Origin: Octopus sinensis
Taxonomy: Eukaryota
Direction of reading: 5' to 3'
DNA: 64,000 nt
Assembly (NCBI RefSeq): GCF_006345805.1
Contig: NC_043018.1
Span: 27,032,001 to 27,096,000 of the forward strand
This document shows, in pieces, positions 11,966 through 24,899 of the stretch. The position numbers were made by a program, and so were the translations under genes. Below the pieces are notes generated by a model, which was not told the DNA's origin, did no database searches, and saw only the letters and a program-made list of their open reading frames with translations. Position 1 is the stretch's first letter. Each line of letters opens with the position of its first letter.

Positions 11966-12584
11966 ACATTACCTAGTTTTGCATTTCACACACACATACA
12001 CATACACGCATGCGTGCGAGCGATGTTGCTATAAGTTGCTTTTACAGGTCGCATGTATTATTAAGATCGGCGTACATGTGACTGAACAATTTCAACATGC
12101 TTCATTCAGACAGTTATCTCTTTGTATAAGTCAACAGGATCGACAAAACTGAAAGTGGGGGGGGGTGGGGGTGAACAAACAAAAATACAACAGACTTGAC
12201 GATGGAGAGATTACATGCGCAAACTATTACACTGCACTTCCTACAATTTATTCATCACTGTATACCAGAACGTGTCGTATCTGAGGGAATACATACAAAA
12301 AAACGGACTGTAGATAATTGACAGCATGTTCAGATAATTACGCTACGATTCATACAGTTAATTCCTCGGTCAATCGTCGTCGAATGTGTCGTATCTGTTA
12401 CAACATTTTACCTCAAGTTCCAAGACACCCAAGGTCGATTAACAGGTTTCTATGGCGCATATAAACAACCGAAGGTCACTGCGTTCTTCCTGAAAGCGAT
12501 GCCGGTCCGTTGCAGGTTTCAAGACCAGAAACCTCTGAGGACGAGGGAACAAGTCAATTATATCGCCCTCAATTATATCGCAAG

Positions 12585-13275
12585 GCGGTGAGCTGGCAGA
12601 AACGTTAGCACGCCGGGCGAAATGCGTGGCCGTATTTCGTCTGCCGCTACGTTCTGAGTTCAAATTCCGCCGAGGTCGACTTTGCCTTTCATCCTTTCAG
12701 GGTTGATAAATTAAGTACTAGTTACGCTCTGGGGTCGATGTAATCGACTTAATCCGTTTGTCTGTCCTTGTTTGTCCCCTCTATGTTTAGCCCTTTGTGG
12801 GCAATAAAGAAATAAGAATCGTTAGCATGCTGAGCAAAATGTTTAGCGGTATTTTGTCTGTCCTCACGCTCTGAGTTCAAATTCCGCCGATGTCGATTTT
12901 TCTTTCACCCATTAAGGGTCAATAAAGCAAGTACAAGTTGTGTACTAGGGTCGATATAATCGACTTAAATCCTTTTCCCGAAATTACGGCAGACGAAATA
13001 CCTATTTCTTTACTACCCACAAGGGGCTAAACACAGAGAGGACAAACAAGGACAGACACCCTTGTGGGTAGTAAAGAAATAGAAATAGGTATTTCGTCTA
13101 CCACTACGTTCTGAGTTCAAATTCCGCCGAGGTCGACTTTGCCTTTCATCCTTTCGGGGTCGATAAATTAAGTACCAGTTGCGCACTGGGGTCGATGTAA
13201 TCGACTTAATCCCTTTGTCTGTCCTTGTTTGTCCTCTCTGTGTTTAGCCCCTTGTGGGTAGTAAAGAAATATATA
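12585..13275. mobile_element. SINE B composite (tandem units plus an internal inversion)
   Basis: Full head at about 12585, tandem units, then an inverted segment at 12986-13070 and a further + unit. Confidence 0.9.
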
Positions 13276-13634
13276 TCGCCCTCAGTATTTGGTTGGTAAC
13301 TTATGTAATTGACCCCCGAACGGATGAAAGGTAAAGTTCAGCGATTCTGCCAGCTCAGCTCAGCTCACCTCGTCGTATCTGTGGATATTTCATTTATCTT
13401 TTACGTGTTTCAGTCATTAGCCTGCGGCCATGCTGGGGCACCACCTTGAAAAATTTTTCAGTCGAATGAATAGACTCCTATACTTATCTTATTTTCTAAG
13501 CCTGGAACTTATTCTATCGGGCTCTTTTACCGAACCGCTAAGTTACGGGGACGTAAACACACAAAACATCAGTCGTTTAGAAACCGGTTGTGCATATATA
13601 CAAAGATAAAACAAAACATGTTTGTGTGTGTGTT

Positions 13635-13781
13635 TCCCAACCACATGGTTCCGGTTCAGTCCCACTGCGTGGCTCCTTGGGCAAGTGTCTTCTACTATAG
13701 CCTCGGGCCGATCAAAGCCTTGTGAGTGGATTCGGTGGGCAGTAACCGAAAGAAGCCCGTCGTATATACATATATATGTAT

Positions 13782-13854
<73 letters not shown>

Positions 13855-13990
13855 TGGGTATGTATGTGTGTATTTGTGTGTCTGTGTTTGTTCCCCACCA
13901 TTGCTCGACAACCGATGCTGGTGTGTTTACGTCCCCGTAACTTAGGGGTTCGTCAAAAGAACTGATAAAATAAGTACTAAGCTTACAAAG
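13635..13990 (+). mobile_element. SINE family A with expanded internal (TG)n
   Basis: accacatggttccggttcagtcccactgcgtggc...gggcaagtgtcttct...(TG)n...aataagtactaagcttacaaagaa. Confidence 0.85.
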
Positions 13991-14304
13991 AATACTTCAG
14001 CATGGACGCAAGAAAAAGAATAAAAGAATATATCTACTCATACACACACACATGCATACAACTGGCTTCTATTAATTTTTCAACTACCAAATCTACTCAC
14101 AAGGGTTTGGTTGGTTCAAGGCTACAGTGGAAGACACTTGCCTAAGGTACCATGCTATAGAACTGAACTCGGAACCATATGGTTGGGAAGCAAGCTTCTT
14201 ACCACATAGCCACTCTTGCACTTATATAGAAACCCAAAAATGGCAATGGGGAGAGTATATACATAATACACACATACATGTTTGCATGCTTACTTGTTTG
14301 CATG

Positions 14305-14352
<48 letters not shown>

Positions 14353-14419
14353 CACACTTCAATATGAGCTTGGCGTCATTTTATTTTCAAGTCTCTTTGT
14401 ATCAGCTGTACTTTTATAA

Positions 14420-14438
14420 TTATGTCGTGTGTGTGTCG

Positions 14439-14476
<38 letters not shown>

Positions 14477-14775
14477 CGTTGTGTGTGTGTGTGTGCGTGT
14501 CATTGTGTGTGTGTGTGTTGTGTGTCGTTGTGTGTGTGTGTGTCATTGTGTGTGTGTCGTTGTGTGTATGTCATTGTGTTTGTGTCGTTGTGTGTATGTC
14601 ATTGTGTTTGTGTCGTTGTGTGTGTGTGTTGTGTGTGTGTGTGTGTCGTTGTGTGTGCGTATATGTGTGAGTGTCGTTGTGTATGTGTGTGTTGTTGTGT
14701 GTGTGTCGTTGTGTGTGCGTGTGTGTCGTTGTATGTGTGTGTCGTTGTGTGTGCGTGTGTGTGTGTGTGTGTGTG
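14420..14775. repeat. Compound (TG)n microsatellite with recurring gtcgttg interruptions
   Basis: Recurrent tgtgtcgttgtgtg units, i.e. a microsatellite turning into a minisatellite. Confidence 0.9.
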
Positions 14776-15400
14776 GCTCTCTGGTAAAGATGTTACCAAC
14801 TACATGGTTTGGGGCGCAGTGCCACTGGCGGCAAGTCTCTCCTAAGTGCCGACTAATACCTTCCGAGTGAAGATGGTAGATAGAAGCTGTTTAGAAGCCA
14901 GTTGCGCATCTATACAAAAATAAAACTAAATAATGGCAATACATTGTTAAATGGAAGGATGGAACTTTATTATTTAATATGGAATTGATCCACCTTTCGC
15001 ATCAATTATCACTATGTAACAAAATTTAGATTTATCTATTTATTTATTTATTCATTTATTTATTTTGTCTTTGGTCAGTAAGTGTTATTTCCTATTTGCT
15101 TCTATCTAGAAATCACAGGAAATGACCACTACTCTCTTCAGACTTTGCTGCCGTGACCTGGACATCAATGTTTTCAAACTGACCTATTTTCCATCACATT
15201 TCAGACCAATTCAGTGTTGAGCTGCTGAAGCGGAAATATCATTATAGCAATACCCAGTTGTTGTTGTTGAAATTCTACTGATCTAGGTTAGAAACCGGCC
15301 CTTCGTTATTGGCAAGAATTCTTGAAATAAAACTGAATAATGTCATGCATACATACGTATGTATGTATATATGAATGTACAAATGTATGTGTATGTATGC

Positions 15401-15437
<37 letters not shown>

Positions 15438-15574
15438 TCTCCTGTCTTTGAAAGAACTTTTCTTCACCCATTTCCTTCCGGTAATTCAAAATGTGACCGC
15501 GTATGTACCGTTGGCGATTTTTTGCCTCTTTTTTTACCTCTGTCTTCCCTTCTCTGGATCTTTCCTTCTCCTAT

Positions 15575-15610
15575 GTTTCCGACGAAGAGCTCCACTCGAA
15601 ACGTTAAAGC
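15575..15610 (+). ncRNA. Degenerate Penelope-type minimal hammerhead ribozyme
   Basis: ttt-CCGACGA-A-gag ctcca ctc-GAAAC-GTT-aaag. Core variant U4C, stem II gag/ctc, palindromic stem III. Lies in a ~270 bp element bounded by (TA)n. Confidence 0.6.
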
Positions 15611-15744
15611 CTCCTTCTTTCCTGAGCGTCCAATAATACTATATTTTCCCACGTCCTCGCGTTGTTGTGTTTTTTTTTTGTGCTTTCTTGTTTGGATTAA
15701 CTTTATATACATATACATATATATATATATACATATACATATAC

Positions 15745-16797
15745 ATATCATTCATTCATTTCATTGTTCGACCGTGGTCGAGACAATGGAATTTACTATG
15801 TTACGCCAGACTTCACGGTCCATCATAGCATTACGGAGGTCCTGTTGCTGGATGCCTGTATCCCTGGAGATTACATCAGGGTAGGAGAGTGTGCGCCCTC
15901 TGGTATTGCGAGTAGATGGCTTCCAGAGGAGAAGAGTAGAAATTACTTCTTTTTTTCAGCTCTACAACAATGTCCAGCAAACTGGACTCTCCTACCTTTC
16001 ACAAGAGATGACACAGGTGGTAGTTTCCCATATATTTGCATTTTGGTTGGATGGCGCTTCCACGAGAGATTTTGAGCTCTCATAAGGAGGCGAGTATAGG
16101 TTCCATCCAACCGCCTCTCAAGCTTCTTTGATAACGTCCAGGTTTCTGAGCCATATAGTAGAATTGGTTCGACTGTGGCTTTGAATATTTCAAGTTTGAA
16201 GTCTCTACTTAGATTTGATGACCAGATCTTATGCATGTCATTACAGGCTGACCAGGCCATACCCTTTCTAGTTAGAAAGTCTTTTCCAGATGATGATATG
16301 TATGACCCAAGATATTTATAATCAGAAACCATATTTAAAGGCGCACTGTTGAGAGTATGGATGATGCAATCACTGTTGGACAGGCACTTGTTTATGTATT
16401 CAGTTTTGGTCTCATTGAGGTAAAGACCTACACAATTTGAGGCTTGTTCAAGAGATTGTAAAAGAGACTGGGCATTGGAGAGAGAATCACTGATAAGAGC
16501 GATGTCGTCAGCAAAGTCAGTGTCTGTCAAGTACTCAGCTGGGTGTCTGAACTTCTTCTTGTTTTATTTCAAAGCCCATGCCAGAGATGGTATCAACTGA
16601 CATACGTAGCACATAATCAACAACAATGATGAAAAGAAATGGGGCGAGTGTGTCTCCCTGCAGTATTCCGGCTTCGATTGAGAAAGATGATGTTTCTCCG
16701 TCAGGGGTTAAGATGGTTGAAGACGTATCTGTGTAGAGGACCTTGATGGCAGAAATGATTTTGTCTGGTATCCCATAGAGCTTAAGGATTTCAAACA
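15745..16797 (-). mobile_element. 5'-truncated RTE-clade LINE (reverse transcriptase plus C-terminus)
   Basis: GILQGDTLAPFLF, FADDIAL, YKYLGS, LLYGSETWTL, DREVWR. Frameshifts near 16540 and 15945. 3' tail (atga)n. Confidence 0.95.
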
Positions 16798-16816
16798 TAT
16801 ACATATATACATATAC

Positions 16817-16849
<33 letters not shown>

Positions 16850-16870
16850 ATAATATATATATATATATGT

Positions 16871-16919
<49 letters not shown>

Positions 16920-17199
16920 ATATAAGCGGAGAGAGAGAGAGAAGGAGAGAGAGATACACATACACACATATGCGAATACCACAGCTCCAATCCAGTGGGC
17001 TGCAATTGTCCAGTTGCCAAGTGAGAGACTGATAACTTGGAGGTTAAATCGTTATAAGTGGCCATTATTTTCTCTCTGATGATATTTGACATAATTTTTT
17101 TTTTTTAAGCTGGTAAACTATGGCCAATAAAGCAACAAATTATGACAAATAATTAAGCACATCATAGATGTGAAATAAATCATATTTACAAATAATGAT

Positions 17200-17445
17200 G
17201 ATTACAAACACTGAAGCAACACAAATGTCTCGTTATTGTTAGTACCATTTCACTTCTCGGAGCTCGTGATTTCACTTGCTCTGGCTCATTCTGTAGAATT
17301 CGGTAAAGGCAGACAACAACCTGCTGTCGGAGGGTCTCAATGGGCCTCTTTCCATGATTGGTACACCGAAGTACCAATCTCAAAATCCTTACTGTCCCCA
17401 ATAGAGCAGTTTTCTGAGCGTATCTCACCTTCATGTCAGTTCAAA
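17200..17445 (-). mobile_element. Restriction-endonuclease-type non-LTR 3' end (R4/Dong-like)
   Basis: ...VRYAQKTALLGTVRILRLVL, matching the QKxxLLGTARILR C-terminal signature. Confidence 0.7.
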
Positions 17446-17499
17446 TTTCTCCAATAATTTTCTCAAATGAGATTGTTATTGCTGTTGTTGTTGTTGTTC

Positions 17500-17645
17500 A
17501 TATTCTTCTTATTATTATTTATATACATACAACAAATTAGACTGCGGGAAAATAAAAATTCCTAACATCGGGCTACAACAAGTAATCTTAGATGCCAAGA
17601 ACCCTCCTAAGTATCTTAGCTGTCCCTAATAACACTGTTTCTGGG
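17500..17645 (-). mobile_element. Second restriction-endonuclease-type 3' end, adjacent to (TAA)n
   Basis: ETVLLGTAKILRRVLGI-stop (17645-17588). A (TTA)n array lies at 17650-17705. Confidence 0.7.
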
Positions 17646-17648
17646 AGC

Positions 17649-17703
<55 letters not shown>

Positions 17704-17954
17704 TTAAGGTGGTGAGCTTGGCAGAATCGTTAGCATGCCTGGCAAAATGCTTAATGGTATTTCGTCTTCCGCTACGTTCCGAGTTCAAATTCCGCCGAGG
17801 TCAACTTTGCCTTTCATCCTTTCGGGGTCGATAAATTAAGTACCAGTAAAACACTGGGATCGATGTCATCGACTAGTCCCTCTCCCCAACAATTTCAGAC
17901 CTTGTGTCTATAGAAGAAAGGTTTATTAAATGTGTGTATTATTAAATTTTACTT

Positions 17955-18095
17955 CAGAGTGAATTCAGTTGAGTCAGTGTCGTTGTATGGATCAGGCAGA
18001 TGGACCCTGATGCGAACACTTGAGAAGAAACTAAATGATGCATACACTAAAATGCTTAGGGTTGTACACAAAAAAAACTGGCGTCAACGTATTAA
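17955..18095 (+). mobile_element. Degenerate RTE fragment
   Basis: VESVSLYGSGRWTLMRTLEKKLNDAYTKMLR aligns by eye to VEPILLYGSETWTLSKKLERRLDGTYTRLL of the 16 kb copy. Confidence 0.7.
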
Positions 18096-18214
18096 TAAAT
18101 ACATAAATGCGCCCTTTTAAAGCCTAGCCAGGCTCATCGACCCTGTTTCCCGATTTCAATGGCGTATGTGTTCCCCAGCTGGACGGGACGCCAGTCCATT
18201 GCAACGTTACTCAC

Positions 18215-18725
18215 TTTTCGCTCGGCGTGCTAACGTTTCTGCCAGCTCGCCGCCTTAAAGGCAAAGTCGACCTTGGCGGAATTTGAACTCAGAACGTAAC
18301 GGCAGACGAAATACCTATTTCTTTACTTCCCACAAGGGGCTAAACACAGAGAGGACAAACAAGGTCAGACAAACGGATTAAGCCGATTACATGGACCCCA
18401 GAGCGTAACTGGTACTTATTTATTCAACCCCGAAAGGATGAAAGGCAAAGTCGACCTCGGTGGAAGTTGAACTCAGAACGTAGCGCAGACGAAATACCTA
18501 TTTCTTTACTACCCACAAAGGGTTACACACAGAGGGGACAAACAAGGACAGACAAACAGATTAAGTCTATTACATCGACCCTAGTGCGGAACTTATTTAA
18601 TCGATCCCGAAAGGATGAAAGGCAAAGTCGACCTTGGCGGAATTTGAACTCAGAACGTAGCGACAGGCGAAACACCGCTAAGCATTTCGTCCAGCGTGCT
18701 AATGACCCTGCCAGCTCGCCGCCTT
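18215..18725 (-). mobile_element. SINE B multimer
   Basis: Head near 18725. Junctions gacgaaatacctatttc at about 18305 and 18490. Confidence 0.9.
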
Positions 18726-19601
18726 AAGCACATTTTACAATCGATCGGCTTACAAGTGTCATCATAAGAGCATAAATAAAACAGTAAATGTATCTACAGG
18801 GTATTTAAATTAATAACACTCTTCTCAAGACATGTACGGTACCAGTCAGCTCTGTTTTACTGTGTATCCTGCTAGGGTGGTTCCCCAGGTATCTGGTCTA
18901 AATTATTTTCTGTTCCCCCCACCTTTTTTTTTTTCATTCCACGTGCACCGACTATCTCTTGTACTGCAATAATTTAGTCAAATATATTTGCTATTAATGA
19001 AGGCGGCGAGCTGGCAGAAACGTTAGCACGCCGGGCAAAATGCGTTGCCGTATTTCGTCTGCCGTTACGTTCCGAGTTCAAATTCCGCCGAGGTCGACTT
19101 GCCTTTCATCCTTCCGGGGTCGATAAATTAAGTACCAGTTACGCACTGGGGTCGATGTAATCGACTTAATCCCTTTGTCTGTCCTTGTTTGTCTCCTCTG
19201 AGTTTAACCCCTTGTGGGTAGTAAAGAAATATATATTTGCTATTACGAAGCCGCTGTTTCGAACATAGATTAGCATGGACTGTACAAATGCATTGCCAAA
19301 GATAAACTACTTGAAACGTTCTTGTAATATCTTGGTCTTTTTTTATTTGCATGCCGAACAAATTACTTTGCAGCGTTTCTTCCGGGTTTTTGTGCTAAAA
19401 TTTAGTTAAAATTGCGCGAAGGGCCAACTTTGCCGTTCATCCTTTTAGGGTTGATAAAATGAAATACCAGTCAAGTACTGGAGTCGATGAAGTCTACCAT
19501 CCATCTCTCGCCTTCAAATTGCTGATCTTGGGTCAGAATTTAAAAGAATTATTTTCCCAAATTGTTTTGGAAACAAATTTTTCGCTATAATATCAACAAT
19601 A

Positions 19602-19791
19602 GGCGCAGGAGTGGCTGTGTGGTAAGTAGCTTGCTAACCAACCACATGGTTCCGGGTTCAGTCCCACTGCGTGGCATCTTGGGCAAGTGTCTTCTGCTAT
19701 AGTCCCGGGCCGACCAATGCCTTGTGAGTGGATTTGGTAGACGGAAACTGAAAGAAGCCTGTCATATATATTATATATATATATATATATA

Positions 19792-19842
<51 letters not shown>

Positions 19843-20050
19843 TTGTGTTTGTCCCCCTAGCATTGCTTGACAACCGATGCTGGTGTGTTTACGACCCCGT
19901 CACTTAGCGGTTCGGCAAAAGAGATCGATAGAATAAGTACTAGGCTTACAAAGAATAAGTCCCGGGGTCGATTTACTCGACTAAAGGTGGTGCTCCAGCA
20001 TGGCCGCAGTCAGATGACTGAAACAAGTAAAAGAGTAAAGAGTAAAGAGT
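19602..20050 (+). mobile_element. Full-length SINE family A
   Basis: tRNA-like head ggcgcaggagtggctgtgtggtaag...gggttcagtccc, CORE-like cttgggcaagtg, internal (TA)n(TG)n, tail (aagagta)n. Confidence 0.92.
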
Positions 20051-20182
20051 AATAGCATCTTCTTGGATTTTTGATAACGGTTACTAATTAAGTACAATGC
20101 CCACAATTTGAGGCACGTGGGGTTAGTCAGTAACATCTACCCCATTCCTTTTTTCTAATTTAAAATTTTTCTTGAACCCTAT

Positions 20183-20570
20183 CTATCTATCCACTCAGTC
20201 GAAGTCGACTCTCGGTTGCTCGTTGGATCAGTGTCCTCCAGTCAGTTCTATCCTGGCTATGCCCATTCCGGTATCACTCTTGATGGTGTCAAGCCAGCGG
20301 GTTCTTGGTCGGCCTCTTCCTCTCTTACCACTGACCATTCCGAGCATGATGTCCTTCTCCAGGGATTTTCTCCGTATAACATGACCGAAATATGCCAATC
20401 TATGCTTGGTGATCCTAGCTTCTAACGACATTTTCGGCCTGATCTGCTTAAGAACTTCTCCATTGGTGAGCCTCGCTGTCCATGGAATCCGTAAAAGTCT
20501 TCTCCAACACCAAAGCTCGAATGCATTAATTCTCTTCTGGTCAGCTTTCTTTAGTGTCCAGGTCTCGCAT
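20183..20570 (-). mobile_element. RTE (BovB-like) LINE 3' fragment
   Basis: ETWTLKKADQKRINAFELWCWRRLLRIPWTAR...RLAYFGHVIRR...GKRGRGRPRTRWLD. 3' (GATA)n tail. Confidence 0.92.
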
Positions 20571-22129
20571 AAAGTCAGTTGCCCGGTTTCCATGTCGTAT
20601 TTACGCGACCGAGATCACACCATTCCCTTTGAATGGAACGACCCCCACCCCCACCCTTACTGGCTGGTACATTATCTTATCGATCTCAAAAGGATGAAAG
20701 GCAAAGTTCACTTCGACGAGATTTGAAACCAAAACGTATAAAACCGGAATAGATGTTGCGAATCCTTTAATCCGACGCGCTAACCATTCTACCTCACACC
20801 ACTTTAAAGAAAAGCGTAGACACAAGGGTTTTAAGAGGAGAGGTCAAGTCGATATCTTCGGCCCCAGGGTGTGACTGGTACTTTATAATCTCGACACCGA
20901 AAGGTGAAGTTGACCCGATGGGATTTGAACTCAGACTATAAACAGCCGGAACAAAGCTGCAAAGCATTTTGTTTGAAGCTCAAATGATTTTTCCGAGCCA
21001 TTTGTCTTTTGTACTTTTTCGTAAATGCCCAGACAGTTTTTATTTTTATTTCTATTTTATCAATAAATCTAGACATTATCAGCAGTAAATATTTATGTCA
21101 GTAGCTTTCATTTCCACCTTCAAGAGTCTTAAGTGTAGATAAAGTTTTAGAATAATAATAATTTACGTAATAGTTTTAATTATTACGTTTAATGAACACG
21201 CGGAATAAAATTGACAACCTTTCTATTACGTACTGTCGCAGACGACATTGCTTGCACACTTTTAATTCTACTTAAAGTACTTCTCTTTATTTATTAAAAG
21301 TCACAGATCTGGTTGATTAACCCAAAGAAACTTTTGAAGTACTTTGTTTATTTACGATCTCATATTTAGTTTCTAAAATTATACATTTCCATTTCTTTAT
21401 ACTGTAGATGCGCGTAGCTTAGTTGTTTAAGTGTTGGACACATGATCGTAAAATTGTGGTTTCGATTCCTGGGCCGGGCGACGCGTTGTGTACTTGAGCA
21501 AAACACTTCATTTCACATTGCTCCAGTTCACTCCCTGCGTGTATGTGGTGTATATATGTATACATATATACATATATGCCAGCGGCGAGCTGGCAGAGAC
21601 GTTAGCACGCCGGGCGAGATGCTTAGCAGTATTTCGTCTGCCGCTACGTTCTCAGTTCAAATTCCGCCGAGGTCGACTTTGCCTTTCATCCTTTCGGGGG
21701 TCGATAAATTAAGTACCAGTTACGCACTGGGGTCGATATAATCGACTTAATATGTTTGTCTATCCTTGTTTGTCCTCTCTGTGTTTAGCCCTTTGTGGGT
21801 AGTAAAGAAATATACATACATAACATACATACATACATACATACATATATACATCCATCAATGCATACATACATGTATATATGTCGAGTTTATTAGCAGT
21901 CAACAGCCATCTAACAATATGTGTACATGTGTATGTATGCATGTATGTATGCGCGGGGACATGGAAATACCTGGGTTGGTGTCCAGGCACGCAGTTGGTC
22001 CACTGGGAGTGGGAGACCCCTCAGCTGTTGTCACAACATCTCACTAGGGGAAGGTAAATCTGAGAGAAAGGACTGTTTTAACGAAGTCGCGTCTTGCCCC
22101 TGCCTTCGAAACGCGGAGTAGATAAAACA

Positions 22130-22415
22130 GGGGACAACTGATGAAGGGAATGTTCTTTATGTTGCCTGTCTCGTCTCTCTATTTGTTTGTTTCTATCGTT
22201 CTTCGAAAAAAAATTCGTTTCTATGTTTTTGGTTTTTTATGTTCCTGATTTTCATTTTTTGATGTCCTGTACCCATATATGCATGTATATATATATATAC
22301 ATATATATGTTGGTATGTACATATATGTATGTATGTAGGCATATATTTATATATTATTTATATTATTATAAGATCGAACCCCACGCATCCATTTCCAAGT
22401 AAGTTTTCTCTCTCT
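22130..22415 (+). mobile_element. Dispersed repeat, possibly a Penelope pseudo-LTR fragment
   Basis: Homologous to 30275-30600 (-): acagggacaactga(t/a)gaagg...gatcgaac(a)cccacgcatcc..ttccaagtaagtttt, ending in (CT)n(TA)n. Confidence 0.45.
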
Positions 22416-22423
22416 CTCTCTGG

Positions 22424-22480
<57 letters not shown>

Positions 22481-22578
22481 CGGGAAGCTTTATGAAAATA
22501 AACAAAAGACGAAGGCAGGTGGAAAACAAACGAACAATTGTATTAGTATGGCGCTCAGGAAATATAAATAAAACAAGT

Positions 22579-22616
22579 CTTTAACGTTTCGAGCCTACGC
22601 TCTTCAACAGAAAGAT
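22579..22616 (-). ncRNA. Penelope-type minimal hammerhead ribozyme (core variant)
   Basis: tcttt-CTGTTGA-A-gagc gtag gctc-GAAAC-GTT-aaaga. Stem I tcttt/aaaga, stem II 4 bp, palindromic stem III. The core has A6U. Confidence 0.7.
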
Positions 22617-23434
22617 ACACAGAGAGAGAAAAACACAGAAAGAAGGAGAGAAAAAAAATGCGTGCAGTAGCTAACGAATCAACATGGCGATCTGATTTCG
22701 GCCAGAGGTCAAAGATCAAACATGAGACGCGAGAGCGAAATAAGGGGAGATAATAGGGTTGATAAATGGGTTGAGGGACCAGCTAAAGTGCGTGGGAGGG
22801 GTCTGTGATGTGTGTATAGGGTTGGTGTATGTATTAGTATGTATAAGGGTGTGTGTGTGTGTGTGTGTGTGTGTATGAGAGAGTATTAGTGCGTAAGATT
22901 GGTCTGGACGTGCGTATGTATGGGGTTGGTGTATTATAGTATGTATTAGTATGTATTAGTACGTATGGTATGTATAGGTGTGTGTGTGTGTGGTGTGAGA
23001 GAGTATAAGTGCGTATGCGGGGTCTGGACGTGTGTATATAGGGTTGGTGTAAGTATTAGTATGTACTGGTATGTATTAGTACGTATTAGTATGTATTAGT
23101 TGGTGTGTGTATTAGTATGGCACATCATATGTGATGTGATGTGTAAAGTCATGTGGTGTAGTGAGGAGAAAAGGGGGAGGGGGGGAAGAGGGGGGAGAAG
23201 GCGAGGAAGAAGAGGGGGAGGAGAAGGGGGAAGAGGAGAGGATGGGGGAAGAAAAGGAAGGGGAGGAGGGGGATGAAGGAGGAAAGGGGAGAGGGGGAGA
23301 GAGGGAGTGAGCAGAGGGAATGGGAAGAGGGAGGGAGAAAGAGGGAAGAAGGAAGGGGAGTTGGGGTGAAAGATGAAGGACTGAAGAAGTAGTGTCGGGG
23401 GGAGAAAGGATAGGTGAGGAGGGGGAGAGGGGGG

Positions 23435-24604
23435 TTAGATGAGGAGGGGGGGAGATTTGAGACCAAATGGCGTATAAGAGCGAAGAGAGAAGATTAATTC
23501 CTGTTCACGGCGCAAACGGGAATCCGGATGGCCTCTGTGTAAGGACAAACCGAACACAGATAGGTGTTGCAAGGAGTGACCGGTGGAGCGGAAATGGCGT
23601 GAGACCGGTATGTCGTTCGCAAGGTGGATGTCACGAAGGTGTTCCGCGAACCGGTCAGCCAAGCGGCGTCCCGTTTGTCCGATGTACAAGGAATTGCAGA
23701 GAGAGCAAGAGATGCAATAGATAATATTGCTGGAGGTGCAGGTGAAGGAGTGGATGATGGGATAGGGTCGATGGTGGGTGCTAGTGAGGCGGGTGGTGTT
23801 GGAGAGGTAAGGGCAAGTGCGGCAACGTGGGCGGGAGCAGGGGAACGAGCCGGGTTGGGAGGTAGGGTCAGGGAAGGAGCTATGGACCAAAAGGTCTCGA
23901 AGGTTGTGGGCTCGTTTGAAAGAGGGGAGGGGTCGGTTAGGGAAGAGGTGTGAAGTGGACGGGTCGGACTGGAGATGACGGAAAGCTCGAAGAATGGTGC
24001 GTTGGAGACGTAGGGTCGTGGGGTGGTAAGTGAGGGGAAAAGGGAGGCGGGAGACTACAGGGCGGGTTCGGGGAGAGAGAGCAGATACACGGTCCACGGA
24101 CCGTGCTCTGGCAAGGGCGGTGTGGATAGTGGTGAGGGGGTATCCACGTAGGGTGAAGTGGTGAACCATACGTTGAGACTGAGTCTCAAAGTCATGGTCG
24201 TCACTACAGAGCCTACGTAGACGGAGGAATTGGGAATAGGGGATGGAAAGCTTGGTGTGTTCTGGGTGGGAGAAAGAGAAGTTGAGGTATGAGTGTGAGT
24301 CTGTGTGTTTGTAGTGAATGGAGGTGGTAAGAGTGGAGTGAAGAATGCTAACCGAAATGTCGAGAAAGGAGACAGAGGTGTTGGAGATAGTGGAAGTGAA
24401 GTGGAGGGCTGGATGGAAAGATTGGACGAAAGAGAGGAAGGAATCTAGATGTTCGCGGGAGAGTGAGGTGGCACCGATAATGTCGTCAATATAACGACCA
24501 TATAGTTCAGGAGTGGGACCAGTGAAATTAGAGAATATTTGGGCCTCAACATAGCCAACGAACAGGTTCGCATAGTTGGGGCCCATTCGCGTTCCCATGG
24601 CCAC
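23435..24604 (-). CDS. Penelope RT + GIY-YIG endonuclease, 389 aa open segment (upstream RT motif A frameshifted, to about 24895)
   Basis: AMGTRMGPNYANLF, YIDD, CSRPRCRTC linker, IIYCISCSLCNSLYIGQT, RFAEH. TMDI/SLYTVIP are split by frameshifts upstream. Confidence 0.92.
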   Translation of the reverse strand: MAMGTRMGPNYANLFVGYVEAQIFSNFTGPTPELYGRYIDDIIGATSLSREHLDSFLSFVQSFHPALHFTSTISNTSVSFLDISVSILHSTLTTSIHYKHTDSHSYLNFSFSHPEHTKLSIPYSQFLRLRRLCSDDHDFETQSQRMVHHFTLRGYPLTTIHTALARARSVDRVSALSPRTRPVVSRLPFPLTYHPTTLRLQRTILRAFRHLQSDPSTSHLFPNRPLPSFKRAHNLRDLLVHSSFPDPTSQPGSFPCSRPRCRTCPYLSNTTRLTSTHHRPYPIIHSFTCTSSNIIYCISCSLCNSLYIGQTGRRLADRFAEHLRDIHLANDIPVSRHFRSTGHSLQHLSVFGLSLHRGHPDSRLRREQELIFSLRSYTPFGLKSPPLLI

Positions 24605-24899
24605 TCCCGAGACCTGATGGTAGAACTCGCCCGCGAACGAGAAGCAGTTCAGAGTAAGGACAAGTTCGGCAGACGAATGAGTGTGGAGGTGTCAGGTACA
24701 GGTTAGAGCGGGCAAGAAAGTGTCGAAGGGCCTGCAGTCCTTCGTGGTGAGGGATAACAGTATAGAGGCTTGGATGTCCATAGTAAAAGGATTTTGGAGG
24801 AGCCGGGAGGAAAGGAGAAAGAGTTGAAAAGCCGGAGAGCATGGTTGGTATCGTGGATGTGGGAGGGAAGAGATGCCACTAGGGGGCAAGGACACGGTC

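Noticed and set aside
11007-11976. Many long ORFs (HTYI/MYVC repeats) in the ORF track, also at 6.6-7.4, 14.1-14.9, 25.8, 48.3-48.8 and 50.5-51.6 kb
   Set aside because: They are translations of (TATG)n, (TG)n and (TA)n microsatellites, which lack stop codons in some frames.
22105-22160. Canonical CTGATGA at 22138 with an upstream CGAAAC (possible permuted hammerhead)
   Set aside because: Stems I and II do not form convincingly, and the homologous copy at 30.5 kb lacks the GAAAC.
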